A DNA stretch of 22,580 nucleotides, taken from positions 1 to 22,580 of the forward strand of contig JBDRLW010000013.1 of NCBI GenBank assembly GCA_043812655.1, read 5' to 3'. Below, piece by piece: positions 11,252 to 19,987 of this stretch. The DNA comes from a bacterium (GTDB lineage: Bacteria; Margulisbacteria; WOR-1; O2-12-FULL-45-9; XYB2-FULL-48-7). How positions within the stretch are numbered: the stretch's first letter is position 1; the number at the start of each line of letters is the position of its first letter. The position numbers were made by a program, and so were the translations under genes. The notes beneath the pieces are model-generated. The model searched no databases and was not told where the DNA came from. It saw nothing but the letters and a program-made list of their open reading frames with translations.

Positions 11252-11821
11252 ATGCAAGAAAAAATCAAATCAGAACTAAAAGAAAGCATTAAGACCAAAG
11301 AACTCGTTATCGAGACCCTCCTCCCCCAGATCGAACAAGCGGCAAGGCTGATGATCGAAGCGATAAGGACCGGCCATAAGATATTTTTCTTTGGCAATGG
11401 CGGCTCCGCCGCCGACGCCCAACACCTGGCGGCCGAATTTATCAGCCGTTTCCTTAAAGAGAGAAAGTCGCTTCCCGCGATCGCCTTAACGACCGACACT
11501 TCGATCATCACCGCGATCAGCAATGATTATAATTTTAGCCGGATCTTTGCCCGGCAGCTTGAAGGTTTGGCGCAGGCCGGCGATATCGCCTTTGGCCTGT
11601 CAACTTCCGGAAATTCCGCCAATGTGCTGGAAGGCATGAAAAAAGCCAAAGAGCTTGGCTGTAAAACGATCGGGCTCCTTGGTTCTGACGGGGGAACAAT
11701 CGCCCTCGCCGTCGACTTGGCGATCACTGTTGCCAGTGAAAACACCCCCAGGGTCCAAGAAAGCCACATCACTATCGGCCACATCCTCTGCGGCTTGGTC
11801 GAGCAGGAAGTTTGCGCGTGA
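11252..11821 (+). CDS. gmhA: Phosphoheptose (sedoheptulose-7-phosphate) isomerase
   Basis: GNGGSAADAQHLAAE, LPAIALTTD, ND..F..IFARQ, STSGNS.NV, TPRVQESHITIGH. Confidence 0.97.
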   Translation: MQEKIKSELKESIKTKELVIETLLPQIEQAARLMIEAIRTGHKIFFFGNGGSAADAQHLAAEFISRFLKERKSLPAIALTTDTSIITAISNDYNFSRIFARQLEGLAQAGDIAFGLSTSGNSANVLEGMKKAKELGCKTIGLLGSDGGTIALAVDLAITVASENTPRVQESHITIGHILCGLVEQEVCA

Positions 11822-12759
11822 AAAAATACCAGCCGATCGATCTATCTAAAATAAAAACTTATTCAGTTAAGGACCGCCCAACTAAAGTCGATTTATTCTC
11901 CTTTGCCAAAACAGGTTATGCTGGCGCATCTTTCAAGGATTTTTACGATTCCCTCCCCTCTTTTCTTGGCGCCAACGATCTAAAAGCGGCGGCCAAAGCG
12001 ATCATTGCCGCCCATAAAAACGGCCGGCCGGTAATTATCGGCCTGGGTGCTCACGTCATTAAGGTCGGCTTAAGCCCGCTGATCATTGACCTGATGAAAA
12101 AAGGGATCGTCAGCGCTATCGCCTTGAACGGCGCCGGCGCGATCCACGATTTTGAGATCGCCACTCTCGGCCGGACATCAGAAGAGGTCGGCGAAGGGCT
12201 TGAGACTGGGATGTTTGGGATGGTTGAGGAGACAATGCAAGGCGTAAACGAAGCTATAATGCAAAATGAAAAATTAAAAATGAAAAATGAAGGAATGGGA
12301 AGATTAATTGGAAACTATTTATTGAACAAAAAAGCACCTAATAATAGCTTAAGTCTATTGGCTAACGCGGCGGAGTTGGATATCCCGCTCACTGTTCATG
12401 TGGCGATCGGGACCGACACGGTCCATATGTCACCGCACGTTGACGCTAAAGCTTTGGGCGAAGCGACTTATACTGATTTCCGTTTATTTTGCTCGGTGAT
12501 CAGCGATCTTGAAGGCGGGTTTTACCTTAATCTTGGTTCGGCTGTCCTCTTGCCCGAAGTTTTCCTTAAAGCTTTAACTGTCGCCAGGAATCTAGGGAAT
12601 AAAGTCAAAAACTTCACTACTATTAATATGGATATGATCCAGCATTATCGGCCGCGGCAAAATGTCCTGGCCCGCCCGGGCGGTAAAGCATTCTCGCTCA
12701 CCGGCCACCACGAGATAATGGTTCCTCTGCTGTATCAGTCTATTATTGAAGGATTCTAA
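11818..12759 (+). CDS. Conserved hypothetical protein, deoxyhypusine-synthase-like fold
   Basis: GLGAHVIKVGL, ALNGAGAIHDFE, TVHVAIGTDTVH, LNLGSAVLLPEVFLKA, TGHHEIM. GTG start overlaps the gmhA stop (GTGA). Fold assigned by recognition only. Confidence 0.65.
   Translation: MKKYQPIDLSKIKTYSVKDRPTKVDLFSFAKTGYAGASFKDFYDSLPSFLGANDLKAAAKAIIAAHKNGRPVIIGLGAHVIKVGLSPLIIDLMKKGIVSAIALNGAGAIHDFEIATLGRTSEEVGEGLETGMFGMVEETMQGVNEAIMQNEKLKMKNEGMGRLIGNYLLNKKAPNNSLSLLANAAELDIPLTVHVAIGTDTVHMSPHVDAKALGEATYTDFRLFCSVISDLEGGFYLNLGSAVLLPEVFLKALTVARNLGNKVKNFTTINMDMIQHYRPRQNVLARPGGKAFSLTGHHEIMVPLLYQSIIEGF
12255..12293 (+). repeat. In-frame heptamer tandem array ending AATGAAGG
   Basis: TATAATG CAAAATG AAAAATT AAAAATG AAAAATG AAGG, encoding MQNEKLKMKNEG. 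Confidence 0.7.
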
Positions 12760-12764
12760 ACCAT

Positions 12765-12836
12765 GGCCCCATTGTCTAACGGTTAGGACGCGGCCCTCTC
12801 AAGGCCGAGGCCGGGGTTCGATTCCCCGTGGGGCTA
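12765..12836 (+). tRNA. tRNA-Glu(CTC), CCA not encoded
   Basis: Acceptor GGCCCCA/TGGGGCT. Anticodon arm CGGCC-CT CTC AA-GGCCG. T arm CGGGG-TTCGATT-CCCCG. Begins 5 nt after the upstream stop. Confidence 0.96.
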
Positions 12837-12901
12837 TTTTAGTAATTTAAAGCCTGGGTAATATAGGTTAATGTCAAAGAAAGAAAAAGAAAATATCTTT
12901 G

Positions 12902-13837
12902 TCAATTTGTCTGAATATCCTGACCATTATTAGTAAAAGTATTACCGCTAATGCTTGGGTTGCCTGAAGAGTCAACAACATTGATCGCTAGGTTATTATT
13001 AGTAAAGGTATTATTACGGATAATGGAATCACTCCCAACAATGACCACGCCAGTACCACCGCCGCTTGGATCGCCATATGATCCACTATTATCATGAAAA
13101 TTATTGTTTTCCACGATCAGGGAAGCATTTTCATGGATATCAACAGCTTCGTGCCCGCAATCGGATAAATCACTGTCAGCAACGGTAAAGGCAATATCAA
13201 AAGAGCCAGAAGCGCAGGCAACACCGGCGCCGATAATATGACGGACTATATTATTTTTAAAGGTAATATCGCTGCTTGTTGCGGTTGCGCCAATGCCGAG
13301 GCCCAGGTAAGCGTATTCAATTATTGCATATTGGATATTCATGGTACTGCCTGCTTCACCATACTGCAGGCCATGCCAATCACGAGCATCAGGAGAAGCC
13401 GCATTTGAAGTAAAGGTTATTGATTCAGTGCTAGTGCCAATAGCGGTGAGAGTCCCACCATGAGTAATAATAGTACTGAGTTCAGAAAATTTTACCACTG
13501 GATCATTAGGAAAATTCGAATCCTGCACAGGATCAGTCCCGCCAAGTCCTTGGTCATCTGATCTAGCAGCAAATTTCACTGTTGTTCCAGGTTCAATCGT
13601 AACATTAGCCCCACTGCGCAGTAAAACATCTCCGGTAATTTCAATCGTGCCCCGCCAAATTTCCGGGCCAAAAATTTCCCCAGAACGCGAATCATTTTCT
13701 ACGATCACGACCGGTAAGGTTGTTGTTGTGGTAGTGGTGGGCGTTGTTGGCGTTTGTGCTGTTTGGCAACCGTTTGTGATCAATAAAGCAATAAAAAAAG
13801 TAATGGACAGAGCAACAATAAAAACGCGTTTATTCAT
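12902..13837 (-). CDS. Lipoprotein with right-handed parallel beta-helix repeats
   Basis: Lipobox ITNG-C, poly-Thr linker, LTIEPGT-like 'VTIEPGTTVKF', 'GTLTAIGT...ITFTS...W.G', Asn-rich I.NN.F..N repeats; GAGGGGG SD. Confidence 0.75.
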   Translation of the reverse strand: MNKRVFIVALSITFFIALLITNGCQTAQTPTTPTTTTTTTLPVVIVENDSRSGEIFGPEIWRGTIEITGDVLLRSGANVTIEPGTTVKFAARSDDQGLGGTDPVQDSNFPNDPVVKFSELSTIITHGGTLTAIGTSTESITFTSNAASPDARDWHGLQYGEAGSTMNIQYAIIEYAYLGLGIGATATSSDITFKNNIVRHIIGAGVACASGSFDIAFTVADSDLSDCGHEAVDIHENASLIVENNNFHDNSGSYGDPSGGGTGVVIVGSDSIIRNNTFTNNNLAINVVDSSGNPSISGNTFTNNGQDIQTN

Positions 13838-13931
13838 GTTTCCCCCTCATTTAATTTAATTATACTCCCTCTAAATATTAAGTTAAAGCTATAACCAACT
13901 TGAAAGGGCCATGCAAATCCGAGTCATTTCA

Positions 13932-13940
13932 TGTTAAACT
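13932..13940 (+). promoter_or_regulatory. Extended -10 (TGtTAAACT) for rfbC
   Basis: 9 nt upstream of ATG 13950; no SD. Confidence 0.4.
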
Positions 13941-13949
13941 AATATTATT

Positions 13950-14531
13950 ATGATCAAGTTTATATTCACCAAAACACCGCTTGATGGTCTGCTGGTCATT
14001 GAACCGAAAGTCTTCGCCGATGAGCGCGGATTCTTTATGGAATCATATAATCTTAATGAATTCAAGACTAATGGTTTTAACGAAGTCTTTATTCAGGATA
14101 ATCACAGCCGCTCTAAAAAAGGGGTCCTCCGCGGCTTACATTATCAGATCCACCCGACGCCGATGGGAAAACTGGTCAAATGCACTCGGGGCAAGATCTT
14201 TGACGTCGGTGTTGATATCCGCGTTGGCTCCCCGACTTTCGGTAAATGGTACGGAGAAATTTTAACCGGTGAAAACCATAAAATGCTCTACCTTCCTCCC
14301 GGTTTCGCCCACGGTTTTCTTTCGTTCGAAGATGAGACCGACGTGATGTATAAATGTACCGGCGTTTACAGCGCCAAGGATGAGCGGGCGATTATCTGGA
14401 ACGATCCCGCGATCGGGATCAAATGGCCGGTCGATTTGGTTGGCAAGCCGATCGTTTCCGAAAAAGACGCCAAATCCCCCCTATTTAAAGACGCGGAAAC
14501 TAATTATAAATGGGCAAATACTACAAATTAG
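13950..14531 (+). CDS. rfbC: dTDP-4-dehydrorhamnose 3,5-epimerase
   Basis: DERGFFMESY, QDNHSRS.KGVLRGLHYQ, DIR.GSPTFGKW, PPGFAHGF, WNDP.IGI.WP, S.KD. Confidence 0.96.
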   Translation: MIKFIFTKTPLDGLLVIEPKVFADERGFFMESYNLNEFKTNGFNEVFIQDNHSRSKKGVLRGLHYQIHPTPMGKLVKCTRGKIFDVGVDIRVGSPTFGKWYGEILTGENHKMLYLPPGFAHGFLSFEDETDVMYKCTGVYSAKDERAIIWNDPAIGIKWPVDLVGKPIVSEKDAKSPLFKDAETNYKWANTTN

Positions 14532-14827
14532 TCGCCTTTGTCCCACTCCCCCAAACTGAAAAAGTCAGGCAAGCTATTTGCGGTGCTGGCGCTGGCAAGA
14601 TCGGCGCGAAATACGATAACTGCACTTTTATATCTGAAGGGATCGGCGCTTTCCGCCCGCTCAAAGGCGCGAAACCTTATAGAGGGAAAGTTGGTAAGTT
14701 GGAAAGAGTAAAAGAGGCTAGAATTGAAACAATTGTCGCGGTTAAAGACGCTAAAAAGGTTGTCGCCGCGTTGAAGAAAGCCCACCCGTACGAAGAACCG
14801 GCCTTTGATCTTTATCCTCTTATTTGA
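14510..14827 (+). CDS. Stand-alone NIF3/YqfO PII-like domain protein
   Basis: YKLVAFVP, AGAGKIG..YDNCTF...G.G.FRPL.GA.P..G, AHPYEEPAFDLYPL. Confidence 0.85.
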   Translation: MGKYYKLVAFVPLPQTEKVRQAICGAGAGKIGAKYDNCTFISEGIGAFRPLKGAKPYRGKVGKLERVKEARIETIVAVKDAKKVVAALKKAHPYEEPAFDLYPLI

Positions 14828-15602
14828 TGATCCGTTTTAAATAGATCGCCCATTCGCTATCTAGCGACTGGATCCTTTTGACCCGCAAAGGATCAAATTT
14901 CATCGGGTTCATTCCGCCGGCAACTTCAGCTACCAGCTTAAAATCAGCCAGCACAGACCGGTCGCGCGGATACTTGCCAAGCGGCAGAGCCAGGGAAACG
15001 ACTTCCTGCCCGGTAATTTTTCTGATCGCTTGCCGCGACCGCTCAAGCGTTTTCTTGGCCGCGGCAACGCTCAAACGATCGAGACGGTCATGAGAATAAG
15101 TGTGGCAGCCAACTTCCATCCCCCACTCCGTCAGTTGCCGCAGTTTTTTGGCCGCGAACTCCGGCTGGCCGAAAAGGTTCCGGTCGGGCGCATTAGTTTC
15201 AAATAAAACAAAAAATGTGGCGCATAGCGGCCACTCTTTTGGATGCCGCTCGTGAAATTCTTTCAAGATCCCCACCGCTGAATCAGGATCAAGCCGGCCA
15301 TCTGGCAAGTAATTAAACTGTCCCCGCGACGAATCATCAAAGGTTAAAACCACGGGCCTTTTCCCCGGCGGCAGGGTTTTAAACCCGTTAAGGAGGTCGC
15401 GGAGGTTGACCGGATAATAATTATTCCGGTATAGCCATTCCAGGTCGCTTCGGAAATTTTCGGGCGTCCTCTGCCAGCGTCCCTCCGGCCGGCCGATCAG
15501 GTGGTATTCTAGGACTGGGAATTTTGCAACCTCTTCCGCCAGAGAGCTCCCCACGATCAAAAACAATAAACTTATCCCCAATAATATCTTTGCTCTTGCC
15601 AT
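14820..15602 (-). CDS. Secreted polysaccharide deacetylase (NodB/CE4)
   Basis: PVLEYH, PVVLTFDDS, ATFFV, EVGCHTYSH, LPLG.Y. Signal peptide from ATG 15602. Confidence 0.88.
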   Translation of the reverse strand: MARAKILLGISLLFLIVGSSLAEEVAKFPVLEYHLIGRPEGRWQRTPENFRSDLEWLYRNNYYPVNLRDLLNGFKTLPPGKRPVVLTFDDSSRGQFNYLPDGRLDPDSAVGILKEFHERHPKEWPLCATFFVLFETNAPDRNLFGQPEFAAKKLRQLTEWGMEVGCHTYSHDRLDRLSVAAAKKTLERSRQAIRKITGQEVVSLALPLGKYPRDRSVLADFKLVAEVAGGMNPMKFDPLRVKRIQSLDSEWAIYLKRIIK

Positions 15603-15609
15603 TGCTCCT

Positions 15610-15638
15610 ATTCTACCTAACACCGTAAAAGAGAGCAA
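15610..15638 (-). promoter_or_regulatory. Promoter TTGCTC-N17-TAGAAT for the deacetylase
   Basis: -10 lies 7 nt upstream of ATG 15602. Confidence 0.55.
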
Positions 15639-15672
15639 TCTTTTAATGTTCTAAAAGAGAGCTTCCCCAGGG

Positions 15673-15702
15673 TTGAAATCAGTGCTCATCATGTGCTAAA
15701 TT
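15673..15702 (+). promoter_or_regulatory. Promoter TTGAAA-N18-(TGc)TAAATT for the SH3/ABC cluster
   Basis: -10 lies 7 nt upstream of ATG 15710. Confidence 0.5.
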
Positions 15703-15709
15703 GAGAACA

Positions 15710-16147
15710 ATGGGTAAAATACTAGCCATAACGCTTTTTTCCCTTTGTTTTTCTGTTAGCGTTTCGGCTTCAGTCAGCACCAAAGTAGCTGGAGTAAAAC
15801 TGCGGACCGGACCGGGACCTTCATATAAACAAATAGTAGAATTGCCCAAATACCATCCCTTAAAGATCATCGCCAGATCAGGGAAATGGTATAAAGTTAC
15901 GAACTGGATGCGCGCTCGAGGCTGGGTCGACAGTTCCTTGCTTGCCAAGACAAAAACAGTTGTGGTTAGAAAGATGAGGGTAAACCTCCGCTCGGGACCA
16001 AGAACCCGTTACAAAAAAATAACCAGCCTGTACCAGGGATATGTTTTAAGGGTCATAAAAAGGTCCGGTTCGTGGTATAAAGTCATAGTGATCGATCCGC
16101 CTCAAGGGATAGAAGGCTGGATCCATCGAAAATTGGTGTGGGGATGA
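15710..16147 (+). CDS. Secreted tandem bacterial SH3 domain protein
   Basis: Signal peptide; two repeats V.LR(T/S)GP...Y..I..L......GxWYKV......GW(V/I). Confidence 0.85.
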   Translation: MGKILAITLFSLCFSVSVSASVSTKVAGVKLRTGPGPSYKQIVELPKYHPLKIIARSGKWYKVTNWMRARGWVDSSLLAKTKTVVVRKMRVNLRSGPRTRYKKITSLYQGYVLRVIKRSGSWYKVIVIDPPQGIEGWIHRKLVWG

Positions 16148-17361
16148 AGTTATTCCCATTAACTCTTATCTTAGCCCTGATATTCCTGACTACCGCTTGC
16201 GCTCCTCCAAACACTAAAACCCTCAAGGTTTCCATGAGCCTCTCTGATGAAGAGTGGAAGGTAATGAAAGAAAAAATCTTCCCGCTTTTTGAAGAAAAGC
16301 ATCAGTGCCGGATCAAAGCCGCCCAGATCGAAGCCGGCGATATACCTTCCGTCCTGCAATCGATGACCTCCGCGGGAAGGGTCGAGATCGATGTTTTCGC
16401 TCAAGATAATATGCGGCTTGCCCCCCTGGTAGAAAACAACTTGGTCATGGACCTGACCCCTTACGCCAAAACTATTCCCGCTCCGGTAGAAAAAGCGCTG
16501 CTGGCAGTCGGTTATTTTAACAGGAAATTATTCTTCATGCCTTATCGCCCCAACGTTCAGATCGTCTATTACAATAAAAAGATCTTTGATAAATATAATT
16601 TGGCCCCCCCAAAAGATTGGGATGAACTGCTGGCCAGCGCCAAGTTCTTTAAGCAAAAAGAGGGCGTGGGCCGGGTCCTCTTTAAGGCCTGGGGCAACGG
16701 CCCCACCGCCACCCAGCTTTACGAATTTATTGTTTCTGCCGGAGGAGATCCCTTTACTTTTAATCACCCCGGCACCATAAAAACCTTTGAGTTTTTACAA
16801 CAACTGTGGCCCTACCTTTCCCGGGATTCCTTAAAGGCCAAATGGAACACGGCCAACGATTATATCGCCAGAGAGAGCGTCTACCTGATGCAAAACTGGC
16901 CGTTTGGGATCAAGATCATTCTCCAGGATTATAAAAAGAAGGATATCGCTACTTATCATGGTTTTTCCGGGCCAGCGCGCGAAGCCCACGTGATCGGGGG
17001 GGAAGTTTTGGCGATCCCGCGGCTTAGCCGCAATAAAGACCTGGCCTTACAATTCATCTCTTTTATGCAATCCAAAGAGATCCAAGAGATGTTCATCAAC
17101 GAACTGGGCTGGCCTTCCATTCGCGGCGATGTTTATGGAGAAGCCCAGGAGTGGATGAAACCGCATTATCAGGCGGTAAAAGAAGCCCTGCGCTACGGGG
17201 TCTTTCGCCAAAATGTCCCCTATTGGTCTGATTTTGACAGGTATATTAACGAGGCTTTTGTGCGCGTGGTGATCCGGGGAGAGTCCGCGCCAAAGACCCT
17301 TAACGAATACGCGGTAAAAATGCATAAGATAATCCAAAAGCATGAAAAGAAAGATTTATAA
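16144..17361 (+). CDS. Carbohydrate ABC transporter substrate-binding lipoprotein (CUT1, trehalose/maltose-like)
   Basis: Lipobox TTA-C, YYNKKIFDKYNLAPPKDWDEL, NWPF, GGEVLAI. ATG overlaps the SH3 stop (ATGA). Confidence 0.9.
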   Translation: MKLFPLTLILALIFLTTACAPPNTKTLKVSMSLSDEEWKVMKEKIFPLFEEKHQCRIKAAQIEAGDIPSVLQSMTSAGRVEIDVFAQDNMRLAPLVENNLVMDLTPYAKTIPAPVEKALLAVGYFNRKLFFMPYRPNVQIVYYNKKIFDKYNLAPPKDWDELLASAKFFKQKEGVGRVLFKAWGNGPTATQLYEFIVSAGGDPFTFNHPGTIKTFEFLQQLWPYLSRDSLKAKWNTANDYIARESVYLMQNWPFGIKIILQDYKKKDIATYHGFSGPAREAHVIGGEVLAIPRLSRNKDLALQFISFMQSKEIQEMFINELGWPSIRGDVYGEAQEWMKPHYQAVKEALRYGVFRQNVPYWSDFDRYINEAFVRVVIRGESAPKTLNEYAVKMHKIIQKHEKKDL

Positions 17362-18196
17362 AAATTTATGGATCATTCTCTTTTCCACCCCTCTTTTTTT
17401 ATACCTGTTCGGCTTCACCTTGCTCCCCATCCTTTCCGCGTTGCGATTAAGCTTTATGGAAAAGGGGACAGAAACTTACACCCTGGGCAATTACTTTTGG
17501 CTCTTTCAGCATTTTCAATTCAACGAAGCGGTAATTAACACCATAACCATCACGATCCTGGCGTTAATTTTAGAACTCGCTTTGGGCCTGGGCATCGCCC
17601 TCCTCTTTTACTATCTCCAAGAAAAAAGATTTGTTCGCGCGCTATTTTTGATCCCTTTGGGGATCCCGACCATTGTGGCGGCCGCCAACATGCGTTATTT
17701 TTTTGATACCAGCGGCTTCCTGAACGAAATACTTTTGCGCCTGCATTTAATTCGTTCCCCCATCGAATGGCTGGCGGGCGGCTTTTTAACTTTGGCCGCG
17801 ATCGTAGTCTCTGACATGTGGAAGGTTACCCCATTGATCATGCTTATCCTGTTAGCCGGCATCGAAAGGATACCAAAAGATCTTTTCGAGGCCGCGCAGA
17901 TCGATGGCGCTTCGGAGTTCAATAAATTCCGTTTTATCATTTTACCTCTGCTTAAACCCTTCATTACTATGGCCATAATTATCCGGGGGATCGACACTTT
18001 TCGTATCTTTGAGCTGCCGCTGACCCTGGTCGGCGGCACTTTCAAGGTCCTTTCTTCCTTCGCTTATTTTGAATATAGGGAATTCAACAATCCCAATACC
18101 GCGGCGGCGGCTTCGACCATTTTATTTTTGATCATCGCTGGATTCATGTATCTTTATCTTAAAAATTGGGGCAAAGAGGACACCGCCAGATGTTAA
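17342..18196 (+). CDS. Carbohydrate ABC transporter permease (MalF-like)
   Basis: DMWKVTP..LILLAG...IPKDLFEAAQIDGA (EAA motif); six TM. Confidence 0.92.
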   Translation: MKRKIYKNLWIILFSTPLFLYLFGFTLLPILSALRLSFMEKGTETYTLGNYFWLFQHFQFNEAVINTITITILALILELALGLGIALLFYYLQEKRFVRALFLIPLGIPTIVAAANMRYFFDTSGFLNEILLRLHLIRSPIEWLAGGFLTLAAIVVSDMWKVTPLIMLILLAGIERIPKDLFEAAQIDGASEFNKFRFIILPLLKPFITMAIIIRGIDTFRIFELPLTLVGGTFKVLSSFAYFEYREFNNPNTAAAASTILFLIIAGFMYLYLKNWGKEDTARC

Positions 18197-19011
18197 AGCA
18201 GAGCACTTTCTTTAAAGCAACAACCCTTATGGCTTTTATCCTGGCCATACTCTGGACCGTTCTTCCTCTCTATATTATGCTTAAAATATCTTTTTCTGCG
18301 CCGGCCGAAATACTCCAACAGCATCCCCCGCTCCTCATCCATTCTTTTACTTTAGATCATTGGCAAGAGACTTTGGCTTCGGGAAACCTGATGCCCCCTC
18401 TTATAAAAAGCCTAAGCGTGGCAGTGGGAGCAACTATCCTCGCTCTCTTGATCTCTATTCCGGGCGCTTACGCTTTAGCGCGCTTACCCGGCCAGCTGGG
18501 TTTAGCCCTCATCTCTTTGATCTTTATCTCCCGCCTGCTGCCGGAAGTTGAGATCGCCCTGCCGATCAGCATCTCCTTTATCCGCTTGGGGCTTCTTGAT
18601 ACCAGCCTGGGATTGATACTCGCCCATCTTATTCGGATACTCCCTTTAACTACCTGGATATTGTTAAATACTTTTAAAACTATCCCCTTAGAATTAGAGG
18701 AAGCGGCGGAAATTGACGGGGCGGGACGATTAAATATCCTGCGCAAAGTGGCGTTGCCCTTAGCTCTTCCCGGGATCGCGGTAGCGGGAATATTCGCTTT
18801 CCTGTTTTCCTGGGATGAATTTATTTACGCCCTCTATCTGTCTTTTACCCATAAAACACTCCCTCTGATGGTCTACTACTATATTAATCGCGCCAGCTGG
18901 TTTGACGCCGCCACTTTTGCTTCCATTATCACCATCCCGGTACTGATCGTTACTTTCTTTCTCCAGCGCTATTTAAAAACTGAATATTTAGCCGGAGCGG
19001 TCAAAGGGTAA
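18190..19011 (+). CDS. Carbohydrate ABC transporter permease (MalG-like)
   Basis: GAYALAR, IPLELEEAAEIDGA, FSWDEF, QRYL....GAVKG. Confidence 0.92.
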   Translation: MLKQSTFFKATTLMAFILAILWTVLPLYIMLKISFSAPAEILQQHPPLLIHSFTLDHWQETLASGNLMPPLIKSLSVAVGATILALLISIPGAYALARLPGQLGLALISLIFISRLLPEVEIALPISISFIRLGLLDTSLGLILAHLIRILPLTTWILLNTFKTIPLELEEAAEIDGAGRLNILRKVALPLALPGIAVAGIFAFLFSWDEFIYALYLSFTHKTLPLMVYYYINRASWFDAATFASIITIPVLIVTFFLQRYLKTEYLAGAVKG

Positions 19012-19014
19012 CCT

Positions 19015-19656
19015 ATGCCTTCCTGCAAAATATGTTCGCAAAAGACGCGCATCATCTTTGACCGCCAATATGAACACAATTATTACTATTGCGCTAATTG
19101 CGAGTTCATCTTTTTGGATGAAAGTAAAATTATCTCTCCTGCTCAAGAAAAAAAGGAGTATTCTTTTCACCATAATAGCCTGGAGAATGAAGGCTATGTC
19201 CAAATGTTTAGAGATTTTATCAACCAGGCCATTAAACCATCCCGCTCCGGCAAAACAACTGCCCTTGATTTTGGCTCCGGCCCCGAGCCCGTCCTGGCTG
19301 AACTTTTACGTTTAGAAGGTTTCGAAACTGATATTTATGATAAATATTTCGCGCCGGAAATGGCCGATCAAAACAAAAAATACGACCTGATAACCGCCAC
19401 CGAAGTTTTTGAGCATCTAGCCGATCCCCTGTCTACTTTAAAGCAGCTCAAACCCCTGTTGAATAAAAATGGGATCCTAGCCCTCATGACATTGTTCCAC
19501 CAAAATAATGATGAACATTTTAAGGCTTGGTGGTACCGCCGGGATGCTACGCATATAGCTTTTTACACTCCCAAGACCTTCCACTGCCTGGCTGCGCTGT
19601 TAAACATGAAGGTGAAAATGTCTGACCAGAAAAACATTTGTGTCCTGGGCGCTTAA
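19015..19656 (+). CDS. Class I SAM-dependent methyltransferase with N-terminal Zn ribbon
   Basis: CKIC...CANC, LDFGSGPEP, YDLITATEVFEHL, WWYRRDATHIAFY. Confidence 0.88.
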   Translation: MPSCKICSQKTRIIFDRQYEHNYYYCANCEFIFLDESKIISPAQEKKEYSFHHNSLENEGYVQMFRDFINQAIKPSRSGKTTALDFGSGPEPVLAELLRLEGFETDIYDKYFAPEMADQNKKYDLITATEVFEHLADPLSTLKQLKPLLNKNGILALMTLFHQNNDEHFKAWWYRRDATHIAFYTPKTFHCLAALLNMKVKMSDQKNICVLGA

Positions 19657-19660
19657 TTTA

Positions 19661-19903
19661 TCACCCACATATTAATGCTAACTTTTCAGTCCTTGAAAAA
19701 CTTTTGATCTGCGCCTCTCGTTTGGCCGCTTCACTCCGAGTGGCATGAACTTCGCTATAGCGGACCTTAACTCCTCTATTATAAGCAGTATAACGCCCGC
19801 CCTTACCTTCTTTATGTTGTCGAAATCTTCTTTCAAGATCATTGGTAATGCCGGTATAGGGGGCTTGATTGGAACATTCGATGATATAGACGTAATATGG
19901 CAT
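19661..19903 (-). CDS. Small GIY-YIG nuclease (UPF0213/YhbQ-like)
   Basis: YYVYIIEC...YTGITNDLERRFRQH..GKG.RYT...A.KRE.QIK...R.EK..LI. Confidence 0.9.
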   Translation of the reverse strand: MPYYVYIIECSNQAPYTGITNDLERRFRQHKEGKGGRYTAYNRGVKVRYSEVHATRSEAAKREAQIKSFSRTEKLALICG

Positions 19904-19913
19904 ATTTAAAGAT

Positions 19914-19987
19914 TGGCTGGGGGACAGGGATTCGAACCCCGATACGCAGAGTCAGAGTCTGCGGTCCTACCGTTAGACGATCCCCCA
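19914..19987 (-). tRNA. tRNA-Gln(CTG), CCA encoded
   Basis: TGGGGGATCGTCTAACGGTAGGACCGCAGA-CT CTG AC-TCTGCGTATCGGGGTTCGAATCCCTGTCCCCCAGCCA; U1-A72 pair. Confidence 0.97.

Noticed and set aside
13719..13752. GTT/GTG trinucleotide repeats
   Set aside because: Explained by the poly-Thr linker of the lipoprotein.
15640..19914. Integrative element bounded by tRNA-Gln
   Set aside because: No direct repeat of the tRNA 3' end found by eye and no integrase.
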